NCBI GenBank assembly: GCA_965202625.1
Contig: CBDBBI010000010.1
Location: 608,001 to 672,000, forward strand
Origin: a bacterium
GTDB lineage: Bacteria; UBA8248
DNA length: 64,000 bases
Direction of reading: 5' to 3'
A program made the position numbers and the translations under genes. The notes beneath the pieces are model-generated. The model did not search any database, was not told where the DNA came from, and saw nothing but the letters and a program-made list of their open reading frames with translations. Below, piece by piece: positions 19,737 through 30,677 of the stretch (its first letter is position 1; every line of letters starts with the position of its first letter).

Positions 19737-20476
19737 CCTTCAAGCCCTTTCATCGCATCATAATCTGTCAAGTCAAGTCGAAGGGGCGTTATGGAGACTT
19801 TGTTCTTCGCTATCGCCTCAAAATCGGTGTCGGGCTCATCCTCCCACCGCAAGCTGTTTCCCCCTATCCAGAAATACTCACGGCCGCGCGGGTCGATCTT
19901 CTCCACGATCGATTCTTCATAAACGCGCTTGCCTTGGCGGGTGATTTTCTCTCCTAGGCATTGGTCCGGCGAGACGTTCGGGATGTTGATGTTCAACAAA
20001 ACACCCGGCACCAGCCCTCGAGATAATACTTGTCTTGCACTGACGCGCGCAACTTTTTGTGCCAATTCGTAGCCGAGCGCCTCCCCTTCCTCGTGGACGA
20101 GGGAAAGAGCCGCCGCTGGAAGTCCCAGGAGCGTAGCCTCCATCGCGGCGGCCACGGTTCCCGAATAGGTGATATCATCGCCTAGATTTCCGCCTCGGTT
20201 GATGCCGGAGAGCAGAATATCCGGCCGATTGTCCTTCAAAAGACCATTAAGGGCCAAGTTGACGCAATCCGTAGGCGTTCCATCCACGGCAAACCAGTTT
20301 TGTTCCACCTCGTTGACGCGTAGGGGGCGGTGCAGGCTCAAGGAATGACCTGCTGCGCTTTGTTCCCTGTCCGGGGCGACGACGATTAATTCTCCTAGGG
20401 GAATGAGAGCCGCGTGCAGGGCGCGCAACCCCTCTGAGTCGATCCCGTCGTCATTGGAAAGCAGTATTCGAACCAT
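19721..20476 (-). CDS. surE: 5'/3'-nucleotidase SurE
   Basis: ILLSNDDG, GTPTDCV, SGINRGGN, YSGTVAAAME. Confidence 0.97.
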   Translation of the reverse strand: MVRILLSNDDGIDSEGLRALHAALIPLGELIVVAPDREQSAAGHSLSLHRPLRVNEVEQNWFAVDGTPTDCVNLALNGLLKDNRPDILLSGINRGGNLGDDITYSGTVAAAMEATLLGLPAAALSLVHEEGEALGYELAQKVARVSARQVLSRGLVPGVLLNINIPNVSPDQCLGEKITRQGKRVYEESIVEKIDPRGREYFWIGGNSLRWEDEPDTDFEAIAKNKVSITPLRLDLTDYDAMKGLEGWRFH

Positions 20477-20849
20477 CGTTCTTTCATGCCGCGCGTCCCG
20501 GGGCAAGGAGGCGCATTATTACGTGAGGGGCGAGGAATCATTATGGCGCGATCTCGGCTATAAAATCAACACCCCGGGGTGGAGTTGACGGACGTTCTTG
20601 AGGCGAGTGATGAGAGAAATGGCGTGAGGGAATGAACGTCGACGCCTCTCGCCACACATGGAGTGTGCTGAATCGGCAGTTTCTCACCACCGTTTACGCC
20701 CTTACATAGTCTCCGTCTTATAGCCCGCCACATGGTAGGAGGGGGGCGTGGAAACCCAGGATGGCTTCGAGTGCTTCGCTTGCTTTCATGAGTGTTGAGG
20801 AGAGGATTCCTCCCCCCCAAGAAGCGTCCCCAGAGCATTTCACTTCAAT

Positions 20850-21267
20850 ACGAATGCCCTCCGTGCGGGTGCGCGGCCCGACACCGCCACTGGCGCCCGA
20901 ACGGTTCCGATCTGTGGCATATTATCTGCCAAGGATAGGTTTCGATGTCATCCCCGTGAAAACGAGATACGAGCGGATACTGATCAGAAAATCCTATCCC
21001 GACGTCAAGTCGGTACCCGATCCTCCGGAAGTGGTGGACGTTTTCGCAACCGGAGGTCTGCTGGTCGGGGCCAAATCCATTTGGCTGCAATTTGGCGTGG
21101 TGAACGAAGCGGAAGCCAAGTCCGCGAAAACCGGGGGCCTCATCGTCGTCATAGACAGGTATATGAAAATCGAGCACGGTCGTCTGGGAGGTAGTCTGCA
21201 TTCGGCGGGTATGATTGGCCGGCTTTATCACGACGCGCCGAAGCCTGCTCGCCCCTTTGGTCCGTGA
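20850..21267 (+). pseudogene. Degenerate CoA-binding (YccU-like) protein
   Basis: GFDVIPV, YPDVKSVP..VVDVF, GAKSIWLQFGVVN, IEHGRL; N-terminus and a central segment appear lost. Confidence 0.65.
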
Positions 21268-21378
21268 TGCGGCGGGCACCAATTTTTCCGCCGTTTCGAG
21301 ACGCTTGCAAAGCTTTGAAATATCCTTTACAAAATGTTCTGGGGTTTGGGAACTTCGGCACCTCCTCTCAGGAAGAAC

Positions 21379-22077
21379 ATGAACAACCTCAGAATCCTAC
21401 TTATCGGCCTTCCCCTCCTCCCCGTATGGATAACGACATCCGCCCAGGCGGAAAGCACCTTTCTCGTGTATACGAAGACGCTATCCGGCCAGCCCCGTAT
21501 CGTTCTCCCACACGGAGAGAAAATTTTTCTCCAAGGCAAACGCTTGATACGTCCGGGCGAGCGTGTCGTCACGAGCGAGGGTTCGCGAGTGCTCATCCAT
21601 TTTTTGCGGCGACCAGGTTGTCGGCTCGTCCTGGAGCCGAATAGCTCCTTCCAATTGATGGACATGAAACCGGGCAACACGTATTTCACAAAACTGCACC
21701 GGGGAGTCGTGAAATGCGAGAAATCCACTTGCGGGCTCAACCTGAGCGTCGCAACGCCGACGGGAATGCTGCGCGGCAAGGGCGCGGAATTCGCCCTGCA
21801 AGCCTATCGCCATTCCACCACCGTGATACTGAAAAGGGGACAAATGCGTTTGCTCGTCGGCGGCCAGGCTATCGCGCTGCGCGAAATGACGCGCACCACG
21901 GTTTCAAGGACGGGGGGACACCGAATCGCCACAATGTACAGCGGTGATTTTCGGATATATCGCCCGCGCGACGCCTTCCCCTCCCCGCCTCCAAAATCTC
22001 GCTCGTTTTCCACCAATCGCCGGCTTCCTAAAAACCGTATCTCGCCAGTCTCAACGCCAACAACGCGCAGCCCTTGA
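21379..22077 (+). CDS. Exported FecR-domain protein
   Basis: Signal peptide; 'GERVVTSEGSRV...LEPNSSF...VATPTGMLRGKGAEF'. Confidence 0.65.
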   Translation: MNNLRILLIGLPLLPVWITTSAQAESTFLVYTKTLSGQPRIVLPHGEKIFLQGKRLIRPGERVVTSEGSRVLIHFLRRPGCRLVLEPNSSFQLMDMKPGNTYFTKLHRGVVKCEKSTCGLNLSVATPTGMLRGKGAEFALQAYRHSTTVILKRGQMRLLVGGQAIALREMTRTTVSRTGGHRIATMYSGDFRIYRPRDAFPSPPPKSRSFSTNRRLPKNRISPVSTPTTRSP

Positions 22078-22183
22078 CGAAAAACTGCTTTACCTCTACT
22101 AAATGGTGGAAACTAGCTTTTCTGCCTTCGGACCGATGTAATCGTCGGTCGTCAGTTTTTTTGAGAAACGCCATATTTTAGGT

Positions 22184-22260
<77 letters not shown>

Positions 22261-22351
22261 TCTTATCTCGCAACATTGCTCGCAGTCGGCCGTCTCCCGC
22301 ACCCAAATCGAGAGAGATGAACAAATCGCACGTTCGGTCAGGTCTCAGCAG

Positions 22352-23263
22352 GTGGAGCTCGGTTTCATTGGCCTAGGAAGAATGGGGGGCGAGATTTGCG
22401 GCCACCTGCTTCGGGCCGGTCATACGGTGACCGCCTACGATGTGCGCGAGCAGGCCGTCTCGGAAGCAGAAAAAAAGGGGGCGCGCCCCGGAAAAAGTGC
22501 AGCAGATGTCGCCTCCCACTCCGATGTCATCTTCACATCTCTGCCCCATCCAAGAATATCGCGCGAGGTGATTCTCTGCGAAGAAGGCGTTCTGGCGGGC
22601 GCGCGTGAGGGTGCTCTCCTAGCGGAGACGAGCACTGTCTCCCCTTCTCTCATCAAGGAATTGGCTCCCCGGACGAAGGCGCGAGGAGTCGAGTTGATAG
22701 ACGCCGCTGTGAGCGGCGGCGTGCAGGGGGCCCGTGCCGGAACTCTCACGCTGATGGTAGGCGGGAGCCAGGCGGGTTTCGAGAAGCTTAAGCCCCTCCT
22801 CGCGCACTTCGGGAGGAACCTCTTTCATTGCGGCGCACCGGGCATGGGCATGTTGTTCAAGGTGGTAAACAACATGCTCTCTCACGTGAACCTCGTGGCG
22901 TTGGCGGAAGCCATGTCTTTGGGCGTCGCGGCGGGGGCCGATCCCGATTTGCTCTGCGACGTCATCGCCGTCAGTTCGGGCCGCAGTCGCCAAGTGGAGG
23001 ACAGGCTCAGAAAGCACATATTGCCGGGAGAATTCACTCCGGGGATGACGACCGACCTCGCAACGAAGGATTCTGAGCTGTGCCTTGAACTGGCGCGCGA
23101 GTTACGCGTTCCCACCTTCATCGCCAGTGCATCCCATCACGTCTATGAAATGGCAATTCAGAAAGGATACGGGGAGGAAGAATACGCCGCACTCATCAAA
23201 CTCTGGGAAGAATGGCTGGATATTGAAGTGCGCTCTTCGAAAAGAGAACGAGACACCACATAG
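22352..23263 (+). CDS. NAD(P)-dependent beta-hydroxyacid dehydrogenase (3-hydroxyisobutyrate dehydrogenase family)
   Basis: GFIGLGRMG, DAAVSGG, GTLTLMVGG, KVVNN. Confidence 0.9.
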   Translation: MELGFIGLGRMGGEICGHLLRAGHTVTAYDVREQAVSEAEKKGARPGKSAADVASHSDVIFTSLPHPRISREVILCEEGVLAGAREGALLAETSTVSPSLIKELAPRTKARGVELIDAAVSGGVQGARAGTLTLMVGGSQAGFEKLKPLLAHFGRNLFHCGAPGMGMLFKVVNNMLSHVNLVALAEAMSLGVAAGADPDLLCDVIAVSSGRSRQVEDRLRKHILPGEFTPGMTTDLATKDSELCLELARELRVPTFIASASHHVYEMAIQKGYGEEEYAALIKLWEEWLDIEVRSSKRERDTT

Positions 23264-23853
23264 GAGGCGTTCGATGACACCCGGCTTTTCAGGCGAGACC
23301 TTGGCGTGAAGGATTCCTGAAATGGACCCAGAGGAAATGGCGGCTCCCACATGCGCTGAGACCGCGGATCTCGCCTTGGCCGCGATTTGTGGCATGGATA
23401 CGGGCGGCTCTTATGGGGCTCGGCGGATATCAAGCCCACGAACGGTCTCATGGAAACGGCGACGGGACGATGGCACCCTCCTGGACGCTGATTCACAACC
23501 CTTTGCAACGGCTAAAATATCCCGTTAAAAGCCCTTGAAAACGGGTGAAAAACGCTCTGTTTTGTCTTTTCATCGCAAAATTCGTAATTATCTTGTTCCT
23601 ACACAACCTTCCCAACGGCACCACTCTCAAGTTTGAGGTAAGCGTCCGGCATCAGAACTGCAATGCCTCCTTTCTCCGCTTGAAACAGCCGAAGAATTGT
23701 AACGCGCTTAGATGAGAATTTCAGATCATTTTCATTGCAGGAATGAGTGAATAAGATATTGATATCTAATAAAAATATATCTATCCGATGCTATCGGAAA
23801 AGTTGTAAAAATTGGACGGAAGGCCCTATGCAGAGTTGAGACAGAAAGGAACG

Positions 23854-25719
23854 TTATGATGCGTCCTCTTCGTTTTCCTCCTCTTTCTCCCAGCTTTCCA
23901 CCGATTTAGGGAGGTTATCCTCGTTGAATCCCTTCTTCATGCGGTAAATTTTTCCGCCTTCTCTCACATAAATAAATGGCGACCCCGCCTTCCGAGCGAA
24001 TATGAACGGCCCCCATCGCTCATGGCGAATGTCCTTGCCGGACAGCTCGACGATGAAGTTCTTGAAGTCAGGCACCTCACCCAGCTCTGCCTCCCCTTCT
24101 TTTTCAAAATCTCTAAGAGCACCTATCAGGTTGTCCACCTTGCTGAATTCGATCTTCTTCCCTTCTGGAGCGAGGAATTTCCATTTCTCGCCAAAACGCT
24201 CTAGTCTCATAGAGGATTCGTCAGGAAAGCGGGCCATAACCTGCGTTATTTCCTCATCTTTCTCATAAACCACGAGTCGCCGTTCGCTTAAAAAATAAGG
24301 TGTTTTTGTAATTTTATCATAATCCTCTTTCCTGATGGCGAATAAACGTTTCTCATCGTCGATGCGGCCATAAGCCCGATTCTTATCTTTCAAGAATCGC
24401 CCGACGATAAAGGACTTTTTTTTAATTCGCCCATCTTTTATCTCTTTGAGCCACAAAGTATACCGAAGTGGCGCGTCCCCCCCCTCGCCTCGGGTTAGCG
24501 CGTATTTCGACAAATCCTCACCCGGAGCATCCACATATTCTATTGACGTGATCCATTTGATATCCCACAAGAGATCATCCACATGCTTATGGCGGCCAAC
24601 AAACTGCTTTTTTTGCGTTCCATTGGGCGTGGTGAGGTCGAGGTCCCACTTCTTTTTTGCTTTCCGGTGAATGTTGAGCCCTTGGGATTTCGATTCAATC
24701 AAAAGGCGCGTGATGTGGTCTACGTCATAGTCGATGACGCTCTTGTGTCTTAAGGAGAACACGGACTTTGGCAGATCTTTGAACGTCTTCTCGTTGATCA
24801 ACATCACGGGACCGCCAGAGAGCCGCCTGGCATAATAATAGACCTTTGCCTTTTTGTCAGGGTTTTTAGGGGCGGGCACTTCCATTTTTTGTTTTCCTAG
24901 GATGACGCCGTCTTCCGCCTTCTTATTGTCCTTAGTGAATATGCGCACAGTTATTATGGGTTGATCGAGGCCATAAGGAGCCAGCTTCTCTGGGTTTTCA
25001 TCCACAAATCTTTGCACCTTGTCCCATCTCAAAGTCGATACGATGCCCTCAGAATCAATCGCGTCGGCCCTGTCCTCGATCGGATTCACCAATTCCCATT
25101 CATCTTTTCCTCTTCGGACGACGGTAAAGTCACCGCCATCCAGAGGTTCGACGATTACCTTTTGGGCGCGCTCGGGCATGATGGGAACAATCGACCTGTC
25201 CCGAATGCTGAACACCGTCTTGTCGAATTTAGCGACATCGGAAAGCTGAAGAGTGAAAATACCAGGGGTTTTTCCCAATTCTGCATATCGAAATTCACGT
25301 GTGGGGGTCCTGTCCCCAATGTGAACCGAAACGTCCCCCTTATCTTTCAGCCCAAATGTGATTTTCATCTTTGGTTTGTCCATTCCGAATTCGGATTTAT
25401 TAGTTACGCTCCCAATACGCCGACGCTCCCTCAGATGGGCCGCCGCCTTCAAAAGTTTTTCCGTTTCCTCCTCATCTAGAGCAGCGTCCACAGGCTTGAC
25501 GAAACGCCAACCCTCCTCCGTTCGGATGATCTGATAGGGCTCTTCCTCTTTCAATACGTCAATGCGTATGAGTGCCTTCTCGTCGATTCCTTTGAGAAGT
25601 TTCACTTCCCGCTCCTTGGCGGCTTGCTCTTGCGCGGCCCATTTCACATCGTAGAAGTAGTACGCACCACCCATGAGCACCAAAACGAGAAGCAATATGA
25701 GGTTTTTCCTAGGGTTCAC
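23854..25719 (-). CDS. Multi-DUF4340 membrane-anchored protein
   Basis: N-terminal TM; repeated 'W.(F/L)..P...D...', 'YGLDQP' units; GTGA overlap with the upstream gene. Confidence 0.8.
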   Translation of the reverse strand: MNPRKNLILLLVLVLMGGAYYFYDVKWAAQEQAAKEREVKLLKGIDEKALIRIDVLKEEEPYQIIRTEEGWRFVKPVDAALDEEETEKLLKAAAHLRERRRIGSVTNKSEFGMDKPKMKITFGLKDKGDVSVHIGDRTPTREFRYAELGKTPGIFTLQLSDVAKFDKTVFSIRDRSIVPIMPERAQKVIVEPLDGGDFTVVRRGKDEWELVNPIEDRADAIDSEGIVSTLRWDKVQRFVDENPEKLAPYGLDQPIITVRIFTKDNKKAEDGVILGKQKMEVPAPKNPDKKAKVYYYARRLSGGPVMLINEKTFKDLPKSVFSLRHKSVIDYDVDHITRLLIESKSQGLNIHRKAKKKWDLDLTTPNGTQKKQFVGRHKHVDDLLWDIKWITSIEYVDAPGEDLSKYALTRGEGGDAPLRYTLWLKEIKDGRIKKKSFIVGRFLKDKNRAYGRIDDEKRLFAIRKEDYDKITKTPYFLSERRLVVYEKDEEITQVMARFPDESSMRLERFGEKWKFLAPEGKKIEFSKVDNLIGALRDFEKEGEAELGEVPDFKNFIVELSGKDIRHERWGPFIFARKAGSPFIYVREGGKIYRMKKGFNEDNLPKSVESWEKEEENEEDAS

Positions 25720-28262
25720 CGCAGTCGCCTTCTCCTGACATAGACGGCGGCTCCGGCGAGAACGATGAACAAGGGCATCATCCAGACGGTGAATATGTGA
25801 ACGAATCTGCCCTCTCCTCCGGCCAGCACGAGAGGTTCGCCTGTGCGGCGTTTGGGGCGAATTGTGATCAGGTCTTTCTCGCCACCGAGCCAATTTACAG
25901 TATTGAACACGAGATTCGCGTTGCCCTGGGCGCCAATGAAAGCGTCGCTCGCAAAATCGGTATCCCCGAACACAACAATTCTGGCTTCGGTTTTCTCATC
26001 GCCGCTGTTTCTCTTCTCAGCCCCACTCGTCCGCCCATCGTTTTGTGCATCTTGCCCTTGCCCGAGCTTGTACAGATCCAAGGTGACGGTGACAGCTGCC
26101 CCTACCGGGACGGGGCCTTCTTTCTTGGTTTTCGGATCAAAGACGAGCTCGCCATCCTTGAGAGATACACTCTCGACGGTAAAACTTCCCGGGCCTGTTT
26201 TCACTAAATCCTCGGAGTGTAGTCCCGCCTTGGGCATGCCTATAGCAGATACGTGCCGAGCGGTAGGGAACACCGTCGCCAGTCCCCTAAGCTGTTTGGT
26301 AATGTCGTGTAATCCATAGTCCACGGCAAACGGAGTGATGACGTTTCCACCAGCTAGGGCGAAGCGCACCGCTTGGGGATCGACGACAAAGGATGTGGGA
26401 ATTTTGAACCCGTATTTTTCCAAGAGCACGGTCAGGCGGCCCCGCTTCATGTCAGGCTCCAGGAACACGAGAAGACGTCCGCCAGATTTGATGTAACCGT
26501 CAATATATTCGATTTCAATTTCTTCTAATTCTTTTTTTGGGGCAGAGATAATCAGCAAGTTGGCGTTTTCAGGCACACCTTTTTTTCTTAAGAGCAGAAG
26601 TTCATCCACTTGGTAATTGTCATCTCTCATGCCAATAGCCAGCGTTCTCATCACCTCGCGCCCTTGGCCGGAGAAGAGGCGCTCTCCATGACCAGTGAGG
26701 TAATATACGCGTTTTTGTGCGGTTTGAATGGTTTTCAATATCGCGTTGGCAAACGAGTTTTCCGAAAGATCGAAGATTTTTTCCGATCGAAAGAGCTTTG
26801 TTTGCTCCGCGTCCCCGGAGCTTGCCTTGTTCAACCGTTCCATTTCTTCTTTGCCTTTGCTGAAATGATGAATCACTACCAGCGTACCATAGGCATCCAC
26901 ATCATATTTTCGAGCGGCCCGCGGGGAGGCGTCCAAATCCAGGAAGCGAAAAGTGAGTTGTTTAGACGCTTGCGCGTATTGCTCTAAGATTTCCGTAATC
27001 GCGGGTTGTTCGAGCTTTCGGGTAAAAGCGATGATCTCGATGCGCCTTTTCTCTCTATCCAGTTTGTTCAGCAAATTCCTGGTTTTCGCAGATAGGCTAA
27101 AAAAATTTCCTGGGGTGATGTCCCATCGCTTGAAGTGCTTCACGCTCACAAGTTCAACGACGATCAAAATAGCTACGACTACGATAATCATCAAGCCAAC
27201 TTGTATGTTTGTGCTTGTGGAACGGAGTCCTATCCCACCTTGGAATTTTCGGCGCGAAATCCAAGTCGTGTACACAAAGCAGATTATTCCCAAGGCGATG
27301 GTGGCATAAGCCCATTTGGGGGGGGGGGAGAATTGGTCATTCCCGGCCCAGCCAGAGATGCCAATCATCAGTAATGCGGCCGAGGCGATGAACAGATAAA
27401 GGCTTCTGCTTTCCCAATCTCTTCTCCCTTCGCCTGCAACACTCAAGGGGACTGGGCGTCCCGCTGGTTCTTTCGTCGTTGAGACAACCTCTTTCCATTT
27501 ATAGTACTCTAGGGATCTGAGCACAAAAAAAACGCACAAGATATTGACGTTCAAGAGATAAATAATATCGCGGGTGTCTATGATGCCGCGTATGAAATTT
27601 CGCAAGTGCATTCCGAAGGAAATATGCCTGAGAATCGTGTTTATCGGCGCACTCGCCGACGCCGCAAGAAAATCGACTAAGAAAGTCGCGAGAAGCACCA
27701 TAAAAGCGACCATAGCGGCGACAATCTGATTTGAAGTCCAAGAGCTAGCCAGCAATCCAACGGATAGAAACGCCGCACCAAGCAATAGCATTCCAAGATA
27801 GGCGGAGGAGACTATGGACCACTCTACTTTGACGAAAGCACTCAGAATGACGGGATAGATGAGCGTTATCGCTAGCATCACCAAATAGAAGGACAAAACA
27901 GAGAGGTATTTCCCAGCGAACATCTGCCCGTTGCGCAATGGAAAAGTGAGCATCAACTCCATCGTCCCCTGCTTTTTCTCCTCGCTGAACAGGCGCATCG
28001 TGAGCAATGGCGCGACGAACAAAAGGATGACGGTGACACTGGAGAACACGGGTTCGAGGATGGCGGAGGTAGGGGTGATGTTGTATTGCGCAGCTGCCTG
28101 AGGGTTCCTAGCCAGCTGCATCGAAACGGCGGCATACGTCAGAAACGCGCCAGAATAGAATATGCCCATCAATACCGCCCACGCCGAGAGAATCACGTAA
28201 GCGATAGGCGAGAAAAAAAACGAGGCGATCTCGCGTCGGCATATCCAAAAAGCATTATGCAT
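25716..28262 (-). CDS. Fused ABC-2 permease (GldF-like) and GldG-family auxiliary protein
   Basis: FFSPIAY, TMRLFSEEKKQGTMELMLT; then WDIT...FSLS, YYLTGHGE, VFGDTDF. Confidence 0.85.
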   Translation of the reverse strand: MHNAFWICRREIASFFFSPIAYVILSAWAVLMGIFYSGAFLTYAAVSMQLARNPQAAAQYNITPTSAILEPVFSSVTVILLFVAPLLTMRLFSEEKKQGTMELMLTFPLRNGQMFAGKYLSVLSFYLVMLAITLIYPVILSAFVKVEWSIVSSAYLGMLLLGAAFLSVGLLASSWTSNQIVAAMVAFMVLLATFLVDFLAASASAPINTILRHISFGMHLRNFIRGIIDTRDIIYLLNVNILCVFFVLRSLEYYKWKEVVSTTKEPAGRPVPLSVAGEGRRDWESRSLYLFIASAALLMIGISGWAGNDQFSPPPKWAYATIALGIICFVYTTWISRRKFQGGIGLRSTSTNIQVGLMIIVVVAILIVVELVSVKHFKRWDITPGNFFSLSAKTRNLLNKLDREKRRIEIIAFTRKLEQPAITEILEQYAQASKQLTFRFLDLDASPRAARKYDVDAYGTLVVIHHFSKGKEEMERLNKASSGDAEQTKLFRSEKIFDLSENSFANAILKTIQTAQKRVYYLTGHGERLFSGQGREVMRTLAIGMRDDNYQVDELLLLRKKGVPENANLLIISAPKKELEEIEIEYIDGYIKSGGRLLVFLEPDMKRGRLTVLLEKYGFKIPTSFVVDPQAVRFALAGGNVITPFAVDYGLHDITKQLRGLATVFPTARHVSAIGMPKAGLHSEDLVKTGPGSFTVESVSLKDGELVFDPKTKKEGPVPVGAAVTVTLDLYKLGQGQDAQNDGRTSGAEKRNSGDEKTEARIVVFGDTDFASDAFIGAQGNANLVFNTVNWLGGEKDLITIRPKRRTGEPLVLAGGEGRFVHIFTVWMMPLFIVLAGAAVYVRRRRLR

Positions 28263-29238
28263 TTATGATAGTTTCCTCAGAAATTTCCTCATCATGCTTC
28301 TGCTCTCCGCTGACGATCCGGACGAAAATATCTTCCAGCGTGAGTCTTATTTGGCGGAGTTCAGTGAGATTTCCCCCCGCCGCGGACACGGCGGCCACGA
28401 GATCGGGGCGAACATCGTCCCCACCTTTTGCGTGAACCTCGAAATGCACCTCTTCTCCCGTGGACGTGCCGAGCAATTCCACACTCTCTACTCTCGATAC
28501 GGCTCGCATCTTGCTGAATAAGGCGTCCGCCCTCCCGATGGCCGAAATGCGGATAGTCGAATCCGCCTGCATATCTACCGCAAGCGTATCAAGCGCGCCC
28601 TCGGCCGCCACTTTTCCGTGATGGACGATAACAACGCGGTCGCAAACCATGGTAACTTCCGGGAGAATGTGCGTGCTCAAGATGATTGTTCGATCGCCCT
28701 TGAGCTCCGAGATTAGGTTTCTGATTTCCACGATCTGGGCCGGATCCAGCCCCGACGTAGGCTCATCAAGAATCAATACGGGCGGGTCGTTCACCATGGC
28801 TTGGGCAAGACCGACCCGCTGACGATATCCTTTGGAGAGATGGCCAATAATGCGATGGGCGACGTCATCTAGGCCGCAACTGCCGACGACTTTCTGGATT
28901 CCGGCGTCCTTATCCGCCCCACTCATGCCTTTCATGGACGCCACGAAGCCCAGATATGATTTTACAGTCATATCGGCGTACAAAGGATTGTTTTCAGGAA
29001 GATAGCCCAAGCGTTTTTGCACCTCCAAAGGTTCTTGGGAAATGCTGAAATTCGCCACCCAGGCCGAGCCGGAGCTCGGAGGCATATAGCCTGTCAAAAT
29101 ACGCATGGTGGTGGACTTCCCGGCACCATTTGGGCCAAGAAAGCCCAACACCTCTCCTGCTTCGACGTGAAACGATACATCAACCACGCCTCGAAGGTTG
29201 CCGTAGTATTTTGTGAGGTTTTCAACTCGTATCAACAA
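28255..29238 (-). CDS. ABC transporter ATP-binding protein (GldA-like)
   Basis: GPNGAGKST, LSKGYRQRVGLAQA, LDEPT. Confidence 0.92.
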   Translation of the reverse strand: MLIRVENLTKYYGNLRGVVDVSFHVEAGEVLGFLGPNGAGKSTTMRILTGYMPPSSGSAWVANFSISQEPLEVQKRLGYLPENNPLYADMTVKSYLGFVASMKGMSGADKDAGIQKVVGSCGLDDVAHRIIGHLSKGYRQRVGLAQAMVNDPPVLILDEPTSGLDPAQIVEIRNLISELKGDRTIILSTHILPEVTMVCDRVVIVHHGKVAAEGALDTLAVDMQADSTIRISAIGRADALFSKMRAVSRVESVELLGTSTGEEVHFEVHAKGGDDVRPDLVAAVSAAGGNLTELRQIRLTLEDIFVRIVSGEQKHDEEISEETIINA

Positions 29239-29407
29239 AAAATTCCTTGAGAGAGCTTATTTGCCGGAAAATGATACACTGACTTCCAAGCCGCTATTAT
29301 ACTCTGAAAAATCAAGTTGCTGAGGTCTCTTGATGATTGAAAACACCTAATGAAAATTCAAGAGACACTAATAGATCAAAAAAATAAACCTTTTATTTAT
29401 CAATATG

Positions 29408-29434
29408 TTGGCACTCAATGTCCTAGAATGCCAG
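29408..29434. promoter_or_regulatory. CIRCE-like HrcA operator
   Basis: TTGGCACTC-N9-GAATGCCAG versus consensus TTAGCACTC-N9-GAGTGCTAA; abuts a minus-strand TTGACA (29435-29440). Confidence 0.6.
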
Positions 29435-29520
29435 TGTCAAAATAGTCACTTGCCCCTTTTTTGTCAACTGAATTTGAAAACATTTTTTTCTCTCGGAAAT
29501 CGGTGGGAGTTTTTGACCCC

Positions 29521-30525
29521 TTAATTTTTCGTCCGCAGGTCCCCTCGAGTAGCCGCATTTTTCAAGATAGCGGGAACGTTCAGTATCGTCGGCCCATCCA
29601 AGCGCAACGATATTTCTATATCCTCCCCCTTGCCCAGAAGGTCTTCCCGCTCCCCATCAAAGGCAAGGATACTATCCTCAGAGGCTTGATAATGAACGCA
29701 TTCTCCAACTTTGATTATCTCATGTCTTTCCACAAGCGCGGAGACAACCTGACCAGGGCCAATAGGAGATAAAATAAGATGTCCACTTTTTTTCTTCATT
29801 CCCAGCTTCAGCCAAAGCCCTATGGGGTCGCTCGAATCAATAGGGCACAAACTCGCGCCCAAAGAGGAAAGTCCCAAACGTCCAGGCTCGCTTCTCGTCA
29901 ATGCGATTGAATCCACCCGCCTTACGTCCCAAATCGCGCGCGACCCAGAAAATGATTCCTTGATGATGGCAATATCCACCAAAGCGTTTTCAAAGCGACC
30001 GCGAAGATTCACGTGAAGCTGTTTTGTCGCTTTTTTCTCACTTTCATACGGTTTTGGATGAAGGGCATACAAGCCAGCGGCCATGCCCGCCACGGTGCCT
30101 TCCCAGGTAAAGGGAAAGGCGTTGTTTGTTCCGGTCGATAAGGGGATCAGGGACGTTTTTCCGCATCCTTTGGCAACGGCTCGACATGTGCCGTCGCCTC
30201 CAAGGACAATGATGCACCGGACACCCAGTCCAGCAAGTTTTTGAGCCGCTTTCGTGGAGTCGGCCGTCTCCCCTCTCGCGTCGACTTCAAAGAGCTTCGC
30301 GTTCACGGTTTTGTTCTCATGTCGGGACCCATCAAGTGCGGCAGCCCCCAGAGAGCCGAGATCGTTAAACATCCATATTTCATCCACGCCTATGGAGACG
30401 AGACCTGCTATCACGCGGCGAAGCATCAAGACCTTCTCGTTATTGCTAAAAGAGCTTGCCAGTGCGACCAGCCTTCGAATGTCCTTGCCCGATTGTGGAT
30501 TCGCTATTATTCCAACACTCGCCAC
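29521..30525 (-). CDS. ATP-NAD kinase family protein (AcoX-like)
   Basis: GIIANPQSGKDIRRLVA, LGGDGT, STGTNNAFP, AFDGERE. Confidence 0.85.
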   Translation of the reverse strand: MASVGIIANPQSGKDIRRLVALASSFSNNEKVLMLRRVIAGLVSIGVDEIWMFNDLGSLGAAALDGSRHENKTVNAKLFEVDARGETADSTKAAQKLAGLGVRCIIVLGGDGTCRAVAKGCGKTSLIPLSTGTNNAFPFTWEGTVAGMAAGLYALHPKPYESEKKATKQLHVNLRGRFENALVDIAIIKESFSGSRAIWDVRRVDSIALTRSEPGRLGLSSLGASLCPIDSSDPIGLWLKLGMKKKSGHLILSPIGPGQVVSALVERHEIIKVGECVHYQASEDSILAFDGEREDLLGKGEDIEISLRLDGPTILNVPAILKNAATRGDLRTKN

Positions 30526-30677
30526 CGTTTCCCCCTCATTTTCCCACCATGAGAAAGTTTTCTCACGATGAGAAAGAATGCGCGTATTCATGTAACATAA
30601 AGGGTACATGGAATCGACGAAAAGGGCGATGCGTCGGCCACGTTTCCCTTTCCCCATCAAATGCGCTGAGCCGCAAT

